Source: Parcubacteria group bacterium (lineage in GTDB: Bacteria > Patescibacteriota > Minisyncoccia > Phycocordibacterales > DATDWN01). From it: a stretch of 52,949 nt of DNA. Positions 43,649-52,929 of this stretch are shown here, one piece after another; positions within the stretch are counted from its first letter, which is position 1, and each line of letters begins with the position of its first letter. Location: assembly GCA_039740895.1 (NCBI GenBank), contig JBCLGS010000003.1, forward strand, positions 1-52,949. Reading direction: 5' to 3'. A program made the position numbers and the translations under genes. The notes below the pieces were generated by a model, which saw only the letters and a program-made list of their open reading frames with translations, searched no databases and was not told the DNA's origin.

Positions 43649-44716
43649 TTAGAAAGGATTTCTAGCTCCACGGATCTCGAAATGGAGGTGAACTCCCGTT
43701 GATTTTCCTGTGCTTCCCATTTTCCCAATAATTTGTCCCTGCTCCACATGATCCCCTGAGGAAACATTCACTGCACTCATATGACTATACAATGTTTGAG
43801 TTCCGTTTGGATGACTGATAACGACATACTTACCATAACCACCATTCCACCCTGAACCTTTTGCGATAATAACATCACCTTCGGCAGAAGCTAAAATATT
43901 TGCTCCATAACTAGAGGCCAAATCAACACCGTTGTATCCATGTATACCTTGGGTTTTTAAACCACCAATAATTGGTCTCATGTAGTAACCATCATAAACT
44001 GGGTAGACACTTGCTCTACCCATCACACTCTTTCCTGAATTTGCCGATGTTCTAATTGGTGTTATTACCGTAACCTCACCATCGGGTATTACAATTTCAT
44101 CACCAACTGCAAGTTTTGAATTTTTTGAAAGGTCATTGAATTGTAAGATTTCATCCAAATCTGCTTTATATTGTTTTGCTATGCTTTGCAATGTATCTCC
44201 TTTTTTAACTAAATGTTGAACTCCAGAAATTGGTAAGATGACAAGCTTCTGACCAACTGTAATTGGTTTTCCTTGCAAATCATTTGCCCAGATAATTGTA
44301 TTTTTTGTAACACCAAACATTATGGCTATTTCCGACAATGTGTCGCCTTTATGAACAACATACAAACTAATCTGGTCTGAAGATGGGAAAATAACTTTTG
44401 AGTCACTGGCGTTTTGAGCATCAGCAAGAAGAGATGTTCCTCCAACAATAGAAACACTGCCGTCTGAAGTTGGGGCATGAGGATTTGGTGAGTTTACAGC
44501 CATAAGTGCTGTAGCTACTGATTGGGAATTTTCAATTTTTACATCTAACTGTTTTGTTCCATAAAAACAAAAATCATCTTTCCATGGCAAAAGACTACAG
44601 GCACTAACCTTAATTGGTGTAAAAATTGACGCTAGGAGTATCATCATTACTGATGTAACCGTCATTATGTTCACCGCAGAATTTCTTCCTAATCCCGCTT
44701 TACGCTTTTGGCGCAA
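43649..44716 (-). CDS. LysM-domain M23 family peptidoglycan metalloendopeptidase
   Basis: 355 aa with two LysM repeats (HKGDTLSEIAIMFGV; KKGDTLQSIAKQYKA) and an M23 C-terminus (GVHLHFEIR). The ORF opens with TTG, and an internal ATG at 44665 is a possible start. Confidence 0.9.
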   Translation of the reverse strand: MRQKRKAGLGRNSAVNIMTVTSVMMILLASIFTPIKVSACSLLPWKDDFCFYGTKQLDVKIENSQSVATALMAVNSPNPHAPTSDGSVSIVGGTSLLADAQNASDSKVIFPSSDQISLYVVHKGDTLSEIAIMFGVTKNTIIWANDLQGKPITVGQKLVILPISGVQHLVKKGDTLQSIAKQYKADLDEILQFNDLSKNSKLAVGDEIVIPDGEVTVITPIRTSANSGKSVMGRASVYPVYDGYYMRPIIGGLKTQGIHGYNGVDLASSYGANILASAEGDVIIAKGSGWNGGYGKYVVISHPNGTQTLYSHMSAVNVSSGDHVEQGQIIGKMGSTGKSTGVHLHFEIRGARNPF

Positions 44717-44970
44717 ATCGCTTTTTAGACTAGGGTCAAAATGCGGATCGTGTTGTAAGCTTTCTATAAGCCAAAGTTTAAAGAATATTCAGTATTTCTG
44801 AAACAAAAACGACTCTAATTAGCCATATTTTATTGTTCATTACCGTATGCATTCATTATACATTTCTGACCCCAGAGGTCAACAAAGTTATCAACATTTT
44901 ACACACAACCTTATCTTTCGATTTGAACCGAAAAAATAAATTTTTGGTCATTTAATGATATAGTATTTGA

Positions 44971-46965
44971 ATGAATTATTTAGAAAGTCTCAATACCGAA
45001 CAGAGAAAAGCAGTACTGGCCACCGAAGGGCCTGTTTTAATTGTTGCTGGAGCAGGAGCTGGCAAAACCAAGACTATCACACACAGAATCCTTCACTTAA
45101 TCCAAAACGGGGTAAATCCGGAAAATATCTTGGCCATAACCTTCACCAACAAAGCAGCCAAAGAAATGCGCGATAGAGTTCTTAATTTATTAGAGAACAA
45201 TGGTCAAAAGTTTGGCATACCTACTATCAGTACATTTCACTCTCTCGGTGTTAGAATTATCAAGGAAAATGCATCTCTTCTAAACCTGCCGAGACATTTC
45301 ACTATATATGACAAAACTGACTCAAAAAAAGCCATTAAAGATGCTGTGGTTCAAATGGGTTTAGACCCAAAAGAGCACTTGGATAAAATCCAACATATTA
45401 TTTCCAGTGAAAAAGGTAGAGGTATCAGCGTCAAAGAATTTATGGAAAATGGAGCTTATGACTTTTCCTCGGAAATGACAAAAAAAATTTGGCAAAAATA
45501 TGAAAAAATACTAAAGAGAGAATCGGCTCTGGACTTTGACGACCTGCTTTTAAAAACCTTAAAACTTTTGAGAAATAAAGAAATCCGAGAAGTATATCAG
45601 GATCGTTTCAAATATATTCATATAGATGAATACCAAGACACCAACAAAGTTCAAAATGATATTGTTACATTTTTAGCTGAAAAACACAGAAACCTTTGTG
45701 TGGTGGGAGATGGAGATCAACTAATCTACGAATGGCGAGGAGCTGAAATAAAAAATATGTTGCATTTTGAAAGAAGTTATCCAGAAGTTCAAACTTTTTT
45801 TTTGGAACAAAATTATCGTTCAACAAAAAATATTTTGGCAGTAGCAAATGAAATAATTCAAAAAAATAATTTTCGTATACCAAAAAAACTTTTCACAGAA
45901 AATATAGAAGGGGAGAATATTGGACTTTTTAAAGGGAGGAATGAAATGGATGAAGCGCATTTCATCGCACTGAAATCCAGAGACCTTATAGAAAAAGGTG
46001 TTTTACCTGAACAAATTGCTGTACTATACAGAGCCAATTTCCAATCACGAGTATTGGAAGAAGCCTTCCTGGCATATGCAGTTCCGTACCAAATGCTTGG
46101 AACAAAGTTTTTTGAAAGAAAAGAAATTAAAGATGTAATGTCCTTCATAAAAGCTTCACTAAATCCTGAAGGGTTCAGTGACTTTGCTAGAATTATAAAT
46201 ATTCCTGCCAGAGGAATCGGAAAAGTTACAATTCAAAAAATAATAGATGGAAAAGAAAATGAACTACCTGGGAGCTCAATAATAAAAATAAATAATTTTA
46301 GAGAAATGTTGGTGGATTTCAAAAAAGTTTTAGAAAAAGAAAAACCATCTGTGTCTTTGAAATATATAATTGAAAAATCTGGAATGGAAAAAATGTATTC
46401 AACTGGTCTAGAAGAGGATACAGAAAGATTGGAAAACATTATGGAACTTGTTTCACTTGCTAAAAAATACGACCCCGATAATAAGGCAGGTACCGAAACT
46501 GCAGAAGGCTCTCTTCTGCTTCCTGCAGAAGAGAGCCTTCTGCAGGAAAAAAACGAAGATGGTTTGGAGAAATTTCTGACGGACTCTGCTTTGGCCTCGG
46601 ACCAAGACTCATTGGATGAACAAGTAAAAGGAGTTAAACTTATGACAGTACACTCATCAAAAGGTCTTGAATTTGATTATGTTTTTATTTGTGGACTTGA
46701 AAATGACCTTTTCCCACACAAAGGGTTTGGTCAAAAAAGAAAGAATAGCGAGGAAAGGGAGGGAGAAAGAAGACTGTTTTATGTGGCCATAACTAGAGCT
46801 GGAAAGAAACTTTTTTTGACTTATGCCGAGACTCGTACTATCTTTGGTACTATGCAGGTCAATGCTCCATCTGAATTCATAGATGACATCCCTACAAAAT
46901 ACATTGAGCAAGAAGGGTTTAGTGGGCAGAAAGCACATAAACCATTGTTTAGTATTGACTTCTGA
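44971..46965 (+). CDS. pcrA: UvrD/PcrA family ATP-dependent DNA helicase
   Basis: 664 aa with motif I AGAGAGKT, motif II DEYQD, and the HSSKGLEF and VAITRA motifs. Confidence 0.9.
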   Translation: MNYLESLNTEQRKAVLATEGPVLIVAGAGAGKTKTITHRILHLIQNGVNPENILAITFTNKAAKEMRDRVLNLLENNGQKFGIPTISTFHSLGVRIIKENASLLNLPRHFTIYDKTDSKKAIKDAVVQMGLDPKEHLDKIQHIISSEKGRGISVKEFMENGAYDFSSEMTKKIWQKYEKILKRESALDFDDLLLKTLKLLRNKEIREVYQDRFKYIHIDEYQDTNKVQNDIVTFLAEKHRNLCVVGDGDQLIYEWRGAEIKNMLHFERSYPEVQTFFLEQNYRSTKNILAVANEIIQKNNFRIPKKLFTENIEGENIGLFKGRNEMDEAHFIALKSRDLIEKGVLPEQIAVLYRANFQSRVLEEAFLAYAVPYQMLGTKFFERKEIKDVMSFIKASLNPEGFSDFARIINIPARGIGKVTIQKIIDGKENELPGSSIIKINNFREMLVDFKKVLEKEKPSVSLKYIIEKSGMEKMYSTGLEEDTERLENIMELVSLAKKYDPDNKAGTETAEGSLLLPAEESLLQEKNEDGLEKFLTDSALASDQDSLDEQVKGVKLMTVHSSKGLEFDYVFICGLENDLFPHKGFGQKRKNSEEREGERRLFYVAITRAGKKLFLTYAETRTIFGTMQVNAPSEFIDDIPTKYIEQEGFSGQKAHKPLFSIDF

Positions 46966-46977
46966 TTCCTTCAGTCA

Positions 46978-47200
46978 TTTTACCAATAAGTTTTTTGAGA
47001 CTTCGCAGGCGATTTAGAAAACAACGACGAAAATTAAATAAACCTGAAGCACTGTTTGAGCACAGGTAAGGGAGTGAAACGACACTTATCCTGGCGAGTT
47101 TGCGAGAAGGCTATGAATTGAGGAGATTGTTTTCTTAGAGCGCCGAGACAAGGAAAATCGTACCAACGATTTATCCGGTCTCTAAAAACTTATTGTAAAA
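46978..47200. repeat. 223-nt long imperfect palindrome, related to family 3
   Basis: Arms TTTTACCAATAAGTTTTTTGAGAC / GTCTCTAAAAACTTATTGTAAAA. The inner TTGAGACTTCGCAGGCG ... ATCCGGTCTCTAAAAA parallels the family 3 core. It fills the whole uvrD-rsmA spacer. Confidence 0.8.
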
Positions 47201-47207
47201 TAAAACT

Positions 47208-48092
47208 ATGTTTCAAAAAAAATCACTAGGACAAAATTTTCTGAAATCTCCAAAAATAATTGGTGATATTGTTTTAGCATCTGGTGTAAAAACAAGCGAT
47301 AATGTTTTGGAGATAGGTCCAGGAGATGGAATACTTACAAAGGAATTATTGAAAACTGGAGCAAATGTGGTTACGGTGGAAAAAGATGATAGACTCATAC
47401 CAATTCTTTCCGAAAAATTTTCAAAAGAAATTTCTAGCGGTCAACTTAAAATAATTCACGCAGATATTCTAGATTTAGATATTGATTCTCTTGTACTTTC
47501 AGATTTGAGTGCAGTTCGAGGCGACAGTGAGGCTTGTGACCAAACTGTACTAATGTACAGTGCGGGAACAAACGGAGCTGTCAACAAAGAAATGCGCGAA
47601 ATCTGGAAGTACAAGCTAGTGGCAAATATACCTTACTATATAACTGGGCAACTAATTAGAATTTTTTTGGAATCAAATAATCAACCAGAATCAATGACTC
47701 TGCTTTTACAAAAAGAAGTTGCTGAAAGAATTGTAGCGAAAAATAAAAAAGAAAGTTTGTTATCTCTTTCAGTCAAAGCTTATGGTGTGCCGAAGTATAT
47801 CAGGACGGTGGGCAGGGGAGCATTTACCCCATCTCCAAATGTGGATTCTGCAATAATTCATATAAGCGGTATTTCAAAAAAGAATTTTGAAAGCGTAAGT
47901 GAAGAAAAGTTTTTTGAAATTCTTCATCTTGGATTTGCTCACAAAAGAAAACAGTTACTGCCAAATCTAAGCGAAAAGTATCCGAGAGAAAAAATTACCG
48001 AAGTTTTCGAAAAGATAGGTTTAGATAGTAAGTGTAGGGCAGAGGATATTGCGATAGATACATGGATTCGTTTATGTCTTGAACTAAAATAG
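47208..48092 (+). CDS. rsmA: 16S rRNA (adenine1518/1519-N6)-dimethyltransferase RsmA/KsgA, with a 42-codon palindromic insert
   Basis: 294 aa containing LGQNFL, EIGPGDGILT and VANIPYYIT. Confidence 0.9.
   Translation: MFQKKSLGQNFLKSPKIIGDIVLASGVKTSDNVLEIGPGDGILTKELLKTGANVVTVEKDDRLIPILSEKFSKEISSGQLKIIHADILDLDIDSLVLSDLSAVRGDSEACDQTVLMYSAGTNGAVNKEMREIWKYKLVANIPYYITGQLIRIFLESNNQPESMTLLLQKEVAERIVAKNKKESLLSLSVKAYGVPKYIRTVGRGAFTPSPNVDSAIIHISGISKKNFESVSEEKFFEILHLGFAHKRKQLLPNLSEKYPREKITEVFEKIGLDSKCRAEDIAIDTWIRLCLELK
47490..47615. repeat. family 4 long palindrome inserted in frame inside rsmA (codons 95-136)
   Basis: CTTGTACTT..CAGATTT..AGTTCGAGGCGA, then 56 nt including GTACTAATGTAC, then TCAACAAAGAAAT..AAATCTG..AAGTACAAG. 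The intergenic copy 35712-35839 has the same two blocks with the same 56-nt spacing. Confidence 0.8.
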
Positions 48093-48160
48093 AATCAGTG
48101 GCAGGTATCGTTTTTAGGTCTCCAGAAAATAATATGGTAGGGATGTGCTATGATGGCTGA

Positions 48161-49729
48161 ATGATATTATTCAATATAAAATCGGAGGGTATAAAAATTC
48201 TTTTCCTCGCATCATCATTTATTGCTGGATTTTCTCTCATGACAGTACAGCTTATTTCTGCACGAATGATTGCTCCATTGGTTGGTAATTCTATTTTTAC
48301 ATGGACTTCAGTTATAGGCATCACGCTCTTGGGTTTGGCATTGGGAAGTTTTGTTGGTGGTAAAATCGCGGATGCGTATACTCACAAGTCAACGCTTCCT
48401 TTGTCTTTTGTCCTTTCATCAATTTCTGTTTTTTCAATTCCGTTTTTCTTAAACAAAACAAGCTGGCTCTTGGAATCATCCGAGTCAATTATATTCTTGA
48501 ATGTAGCTCTCTCAACTTACCTATTTTTGGTTCCGGCTTTTTGTCTCGGAATAATTCAACCTATAATTCTCAAAAAATTTTCAATTGACCATGCCCGTCT
48601 TGGTTCAGAGTATGGATTGTTATCTGCGGTCTGGTCGTTTGGGAGCATAGCAGGAGTGTTTTTAACAGGTTTCTATTTCATATCAAACATAGGAAACACT
48701 GAAACCGTGTTCCTTGTTTCGGGAATGCTCGCCATTACGGGTGTAATACTCGCGACTCGTACACAAGAAAGGAGACTTTTTTATTTAATTATTGGGGTTC
48801 TTATGTTACTTATCGTTGCATGCTTTTACTATTACTATTTTTTTAATATCAAAAAACAAAATGTAATTTTTACCAAAGAAACCGATTATTACAACGTCCG
48901 AATTGTCGACATATACCTGCATAAATACGGGAAATCAAGAATTTTAATGCTGGATTTTGATACTCACAGTATTGAATCAGAATATATTATAGAAAATGTA
49001 TACACTGAGATATATCCTGCTTTTGCGGTGTTCAAGAAACAAATACAGGATATAGCCGTGCTAGGTGCTGGTGCATACACACTCCCCAAGCACCTTCAAA
49101 GCTTTTATAAAAATTCAAAAGTAACAGTCATAGAAATTGACCCTGCCATAAAAGATATTGCGGAAAAATACTTTAAACTAGATAGCACAAAAATAGCCTC
49201 TATTACAGGAGATGCGAGGCAAATCATAAAACAGTCCAACAAAAAATACGATTTAATTTTCGGCGACACCTACAATTCATTCATTTCCGTCCCTGGATAT
49301 ATGCTAACTAATGAATTCAATAACGAAATAAAAAACAAACTTAACCCAGGTGGTATATACGCGATAAATTTTATCAGCTCCATCGTGGGTGAGAATTCGG
49401 ACTTATTCAGAAGTATTCTTACGACAATGAAGAAGACCTTTCCTTCTTTTTATGTTTTTGCGTTCGAGGATCATCCAGAAGCAACCCAAAATATTATTAT
49501 CATCGGGGTAAATGATGATATACACATTCCAGAAAGTAAAGTGAAACAAGAATTATCTCGTAGTAAAAACCCATCTCTCGCGGATAATCTTGTGGATAGT
49601 AAAAATCATTTAAGCACTGAAGGTGGAATACTTCTCACGGATAATTTTTATCCTGTAGAAAAATTGATGGTGGATACTATTAGAGAATACTTTCAAAAAA
49701 ACCTTGCTTCCAATGAGCTTATCCTGTAG
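48161..49729 (+). CDS. fused polytopic membrane domain / spermidine synthase-like methyltransferase-fold protein
   Basis: 522 aa. About 7 N-terminal TM helices are followed by a Rossmann region (VLGAGAYTLP, DLIFGD). Confidence 0.6.
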   Translation: MILFNIKSEGIKILFLASSFIAGFSLMTVQLISARMIAPLVGNSIFTWTSVIGITLLGLALGSFVGGKIADAYTHKSTLPLSFVLSSISVFSIPFFLNKTSWLLESSESIIFLNVALSTYLFLVPAFCLGIIQPIILKKFSIDHARLGSEYGLLSAVWSFGSIAGVFLTGFYFISNIGNTETVFLVSGMLAITGVILATRTQERRLFYLIIGVLMLLIVACFYYYYFFNIKKQNVIFTKETDYYNVRIVDIYLHKYGKSRILMLDFDTHSIESEYIIENVYTEIYPAFAVFKKQIQDIAVLGAGAYTLPKHLQSFYKNSKVTVIEIDPAIKDIAEKYFKLDSTKIASITGDARQIIKQSNKKYDLIFGDTYNSFISVPGYMLTNEFNNEIKNKLNPGGIYAINFISSIVGENSDLFRSILTTMKKTFPSFYVFAFEDHPEATQNIIIIGVNDDIHIPESKVKQELSRSKNPSLADNLVDSKNHLSTEGGILLTDNFYPVEKLMVDTIREYFQKNLASNELIL

Positions 49730-49812
49730 TACTTTGAATTACGAAATGCGTCTATACTAATGAGGAATTGGGACAGCCACCATTTTTATATGATATGTTA
49801 TAATATCCACAT

Positions 49813-50640
49813 ATGCCAAGTAGAAAAATAATTTCAATTCTTATTGTATGTGTTGGTGCTATTCTATCAGTTTGGCTCTTTTCAAGTGGAACAAAATTTG
49901 CAGGAAAATTCGGAAGCAAATCTTCAGAAAATTCTGCAATAACCGTGGCAACCAGTACGGCAAGATTATATGACGAAAATGATTGGAAGAAAATTCTGAC
50001 AAATATTAATCCAGAGACTTCTACAAGTACGACAAGAGAAAATTCATTAGTCTATCCAAATGAGGGGACACAGACTGATCAAATGGCGAGGGACTTCTTC
50101 TCTCAATATCTAAGTGCTAAACGAGGTGGAGCCCCCCTCACTGCAGACCAAGCTATAAAAATAGCCGAAAATACCTTGGCTTCTGGAGATTATACAAAAG
50201 CAGTCGGTGTTCAATACACATTTAGAGATTTACATATCAGTTCAAAGTCGGACAAAGAAACAGCCCTAATATATGGAAATGCAGTAAGCCAAAGTTTTAT
50301 AAATAGAAAACCAAAAAATGTTGAGAGCGTGGCTGTTATAATAGAGAGAGCAGTAAGAAACGAAAGGGAAAGCGAATTAGCTCAATTAGACCCAATTATT
50401 AGTTCTCTTAGAGGAGTACTTTCTGATATGCTCAATATGACAATACCATCTGATGCAGTTGTTCCGCATTTAGACTTTATCATCGCACTAAGTAATGTTC
50501 TAGCTAATACAGAAGCAATGCGTCAAGCTTTCACAGACCCTGTCAGAAGTTTTGCTGCACTTAGCATGTATGATGAACATACCCAAGATCTAGCAGTGGC
50601 TATAAATAATCTTAATAAATATTTTACTTCAAAAAAATAA
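49813..50640 (+). CDS. hypothetical protein with N-terminal signal anchor
   Basis: 275 aa with one N-terminal TM and no recognisable domain. Confidence 0.45.
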   Translation: MPSRKIISILIVCVGAILSVWLFSSGTKFAGKFGSKSSENSAITVATSTARLYDENDWKKILTNINPETSTSTTRENSLVYPNEGTQTDQMARDFFSQYLSAKRGGAPLTADQAIKIAENTLASGDYTKAVGVQYTFRDLHISSKSDKETALIYGNAVSQSFINRKPKNVESVAVIIERAVRNERESELAQLDPIISSLRGVLSDMLNMTIPSDAVVPHLDFIIALSNVLANTEAMRQAFTDPVRSFAALSMYDEHTQDLAVAINNLNKYFTSKK

Positions 50641-50673
50641 TTATCTAATGTATAATATAAATATAATAAAAAT

Positions 50674-52023
50674 ATGTCTTTATTTAAATTTATAAATAGT
50701 AATAAAAAAATAATCGGTCGCGGACTTATTATTCTGCTCCTTGTACCAATTATGTTTTTTAGTATACCTGGAAAGACTGAAGCACTAGTGGGTAAAATGT
50801 TTGTGACAGAGATCGGCCCAAGTGGTTGGTCTGCAATAGCCCATGCTATTTCTGGTGGGGTAACTGCCGGAGCAACAACTGCCAATGCAGTTAATTCTAC
50901 AGCATACAATATAAAGGAGTTCATTGCTAAACCTCTTGCTGTTCTTTTTGCTAAAAATATCCTTAGAGGAATAACGGCTCAAACGGTAACCTGGATTAAT
51001 ACTGGATTCAAAGGAAACCCTGCATATCTTACTGACCCAGAACAATTCTTTCTGAGCCAAGCAGATAATATAGCATCTACCTTCCTGACGATAGTTACGC
51101 CAAGGTTATGTTCTCCATTCAGAGCTCAGGTGCGTCTAGCCTTGGTACAAAATTACATGCAAGAAACAGCACCTCAGGGTATTTGTACCCTAGGTGGAAT
51201 AGAGCGAAATTTCAATAATTTTACAAATGATTTTGAACAAGGTGGATGGGATTCATGGTTTATGGTTACTCAAAACAGTAATAATAACCCTTATGGTTCG
51301 TATCAGAATGCAAAAAACACCCTCTCAGCCCAAATTGGTAACAAACAGGTTCTAAAAAATAAAGAATTAGACCAAGGAGGTGGTTTTCTTTCTTTCAAAA
51401 AGTGTGCAAAAAGGGGAAATGTCGCAAGAAGAACACTAGAAGTAACTCGTCGTGGTATATGTGAAAAAATAATACCATTTGGAGAACCTGGTGGTGGCAC
51501 ATGTTTAAAGTATGGACCAGACATCAAAGAAGGAGAGGATGGAGAGGTAGTAGATGAGGATGTTTGTCTGAAAGAAGAAACTGTAACACCCGGTAGTGTT
51601 ATCGGGGCACAATTGAATAAAGTTGTTAGTAGTCCTGTATTACAGTTGGAGCTAGTAAACGATGTCAACCAAATAGTTGGTGCTCTTATGCAACAACTCT
51701 TTGAAAGTGTATTAGGGGGAATAGGTGGACTAAGAGGAACAAGTCAGCCAAATTCGGCTGCATCTGGATCAAGGTCACTCCTAATGCAAATGGCTTCCTC
51801 ATCTCCAGAATCGAGAGAGGAAAATACTGAACAAGATGCAGATATAAATGAAGGAATACCTGAAAACATACAACCTGTACTGCCTGGAGAAGAACCATAT
51901 GTATATTTTTCTCCACCAACAGATGAAGAAATACGGGCGGACATAGATGCTTTCAATCAAAAATATGGAGATACCAGTAATCCGCCAGATACTTCACCAG
52001 ATAGTGACATAATAGTGCCCTAA
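50674..52023 (+). CDS. hypothetical secreted/membrane-anchored protein with acidic Pro-rich C-terminus
   Basis: 449 aa with an N-terminal TM/signal (GLIILLLVPIMFFSIPGKTEA) and no recognisable domain. Confidence 0.45.
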   Translation: MSLFKFINSNKKIIGRGLIILLLVPIMFFSIPGKTEALVGKMFVTEIGPSGWSAIAHAISGGVTAGATTANAVNSTAYNIKEFIAKPLAVLFAKNILRGITAQTVTWINTGFKGNPAYLTDPEQFFLSQADNIASTFLTIVTPRLCSPFRAQVRLALVQNYMQETAPQGICTLGGIERNFNNFTNDFEQGGWDSWFMVTQNSNNNPYGSYQNAKNTLSAQIGNKQVLKNKELDQGGGFLSFKKCAKRGNVARRTLEVTRRGICEKIIPFGEPGGGTCLKYGPDIKEGEDGEVVDEDVCLKEETVTPGSVIGAQLNKVVSSPVLQLELVNDVNQIVGALMQQLFESVLGGIGGLRGTSQPNSAASGSRSLLMQMASSSPESREENTEQDADINEGIPENIQPVLPGEEPYVYFSPPTDEEIRADIDAFNQKYGDTSNPPDTSPDSDIIVP

Positions 52024-52040
52024 AAAATTAATATAAAAAA

Positions 52041-52062
52041 AGACCCAGGGTTTCCTGGGTCT
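52041..52062. terminator. bidirectional rho-independent terminator
   Basis: AGACCCAGG-GTTT-CCTGGGTCT, flanked by an A-run and TTT, between convergent genes. Confidence 0.8.
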
Positions 52063-52092
52063 TTTAGAGGTAACGCAATGCGTGGTTACCTC

Positions 52093-52764
52093 CTATCGCC
52101 TCCATATTTCCCAGGAATTTGCATCCTGGAGATTGTTCTGATTGTTCATTGTCTGGAACCCAATGTTCCTCATCTCTACTATAGCCGCCGAGTTTGGCGG
52201 TCTGGCTGTGAACACCAGCGTTATTGGGATAAAATTGTTATTATCCAACAACCACTGAAATATTCTTATGGAGAAATAGAGACTCACGGATCCTCCAGGG
52301 CACAGGTTGGCAACGGCCTTGCCAATCCCCAGGTAGTTCGTGTCAACATCTCCTGGGTAAGGAGTGTTATTCGTGATCCGAATGCTCGTCCTCGGGAGGC
52401 CGATGGGGTTGTTAAGGGCTCCACCATCGACAACCACCTCATCCCAAGAACAGCCCGTTAGGTTGGCCAGATTGCGTAACCGCAATTTAGCCTTGAGGTT
52501 CTTTTCCGCCACTTCTGCGGATTTCTTCTCCTTCTCTCGAACCTCCCTCATTGAGGCAGGTTCGACCTTTCTGGCATCCTTCTTGACCCGCTCCGCCTCT
52601 TGCCGGCGCTCAGCTTCCTGAGCTTTCCCACATACCGCCTGATCGTGCGGGTCTCTGAATGACTCACAAAAAATGCTTAGTGCCGACTTCTCCTCCGCCT
52701 TAAGGGCGAATGAGAAAGCCACAGTCAGGACAAAAAAACTGATAAAACTGATAAAACAACGCAT
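52093..52764 (-). CDS. secreted hypothetical protein (GC-rich islet E)
   Basis: 223 aa from MRCFISFISFFVLTVAFSFALKA (signal peptide), with GGAGGT SD 6 nt upstream. A charged coiled region is followed by a beta-rich C-terminal part. Confidence 0.65.
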   Translation of the reverse strand: MRCFISFISFFVLTVAFSFALKAEEKSALSIFCESFRDPHDQAVCGKAQEAERRQEAERVKKDARKVEPASMREVREKEKKSAEVAEKNLKAKLRLRNLANLTGCSWDEVVVDGGALNNPIGLPRTSIRITNNTPYPGDVDTNYLGIGKAVANLCPGGSVSLYFSIRIFQWLLDNNNFIPITLVFTARPPNSAAIVEMRNIGFQTMNNQNNLQDANSWEIWRR

Positions 52765-52770
52765 TGTGTT

Positions 52771-52812
52771 ACCTCCATCTACAATTATATACCTATTTAG
52801 GTAATATGTCAA
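52771..52812 (-). promoter_or_regulatory. consensus sigma-70 type promoter and SD of islet E
   Basis: Minus strand reads TTGACA (52812-52807), exactly 17 nt, TATAAT (52789-52784), then GGAGGT (52776-52771) and ATG at 52764. Confidence 0.75.
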
Positions 52813-52820
52813 GCGAATTT

Positions 52821-52929
52821 GGCCTGAAAAATGTTCTGCTTACAGCAAACATTATTTCATGCACGAATTTACCACTCGCAAATTCGTGCATGAAAGAACA
52901 TTTTGCGTAGCAAGAATGTTTTACAGGCC
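52821..52929. repeat. compound long palindrome
   Basis: Left arm is 52821-52870 and right arm 52879-52929. Each arm has its own internal hairpin (AATGTT...AACATT). The central hairpin is GCACGAATTT-ACCACTCG-CAAATTCGTGC. Confidence 0.85.

Noticed and set aside
46978-47200. GGTAAGGGAGTGAAACGACAC segment, considered as part of an RNase P RNA; 31380-31655 was likewise considered as SRP or 6S RNA.
   Set aside because: The universally conserved P4 strands (GAGGAAAGUCCGG / ACAGAA..GGCUUA type) and the SRP domain IV motif could not be found. The region is better explained as a long palindrome of family 3 type.
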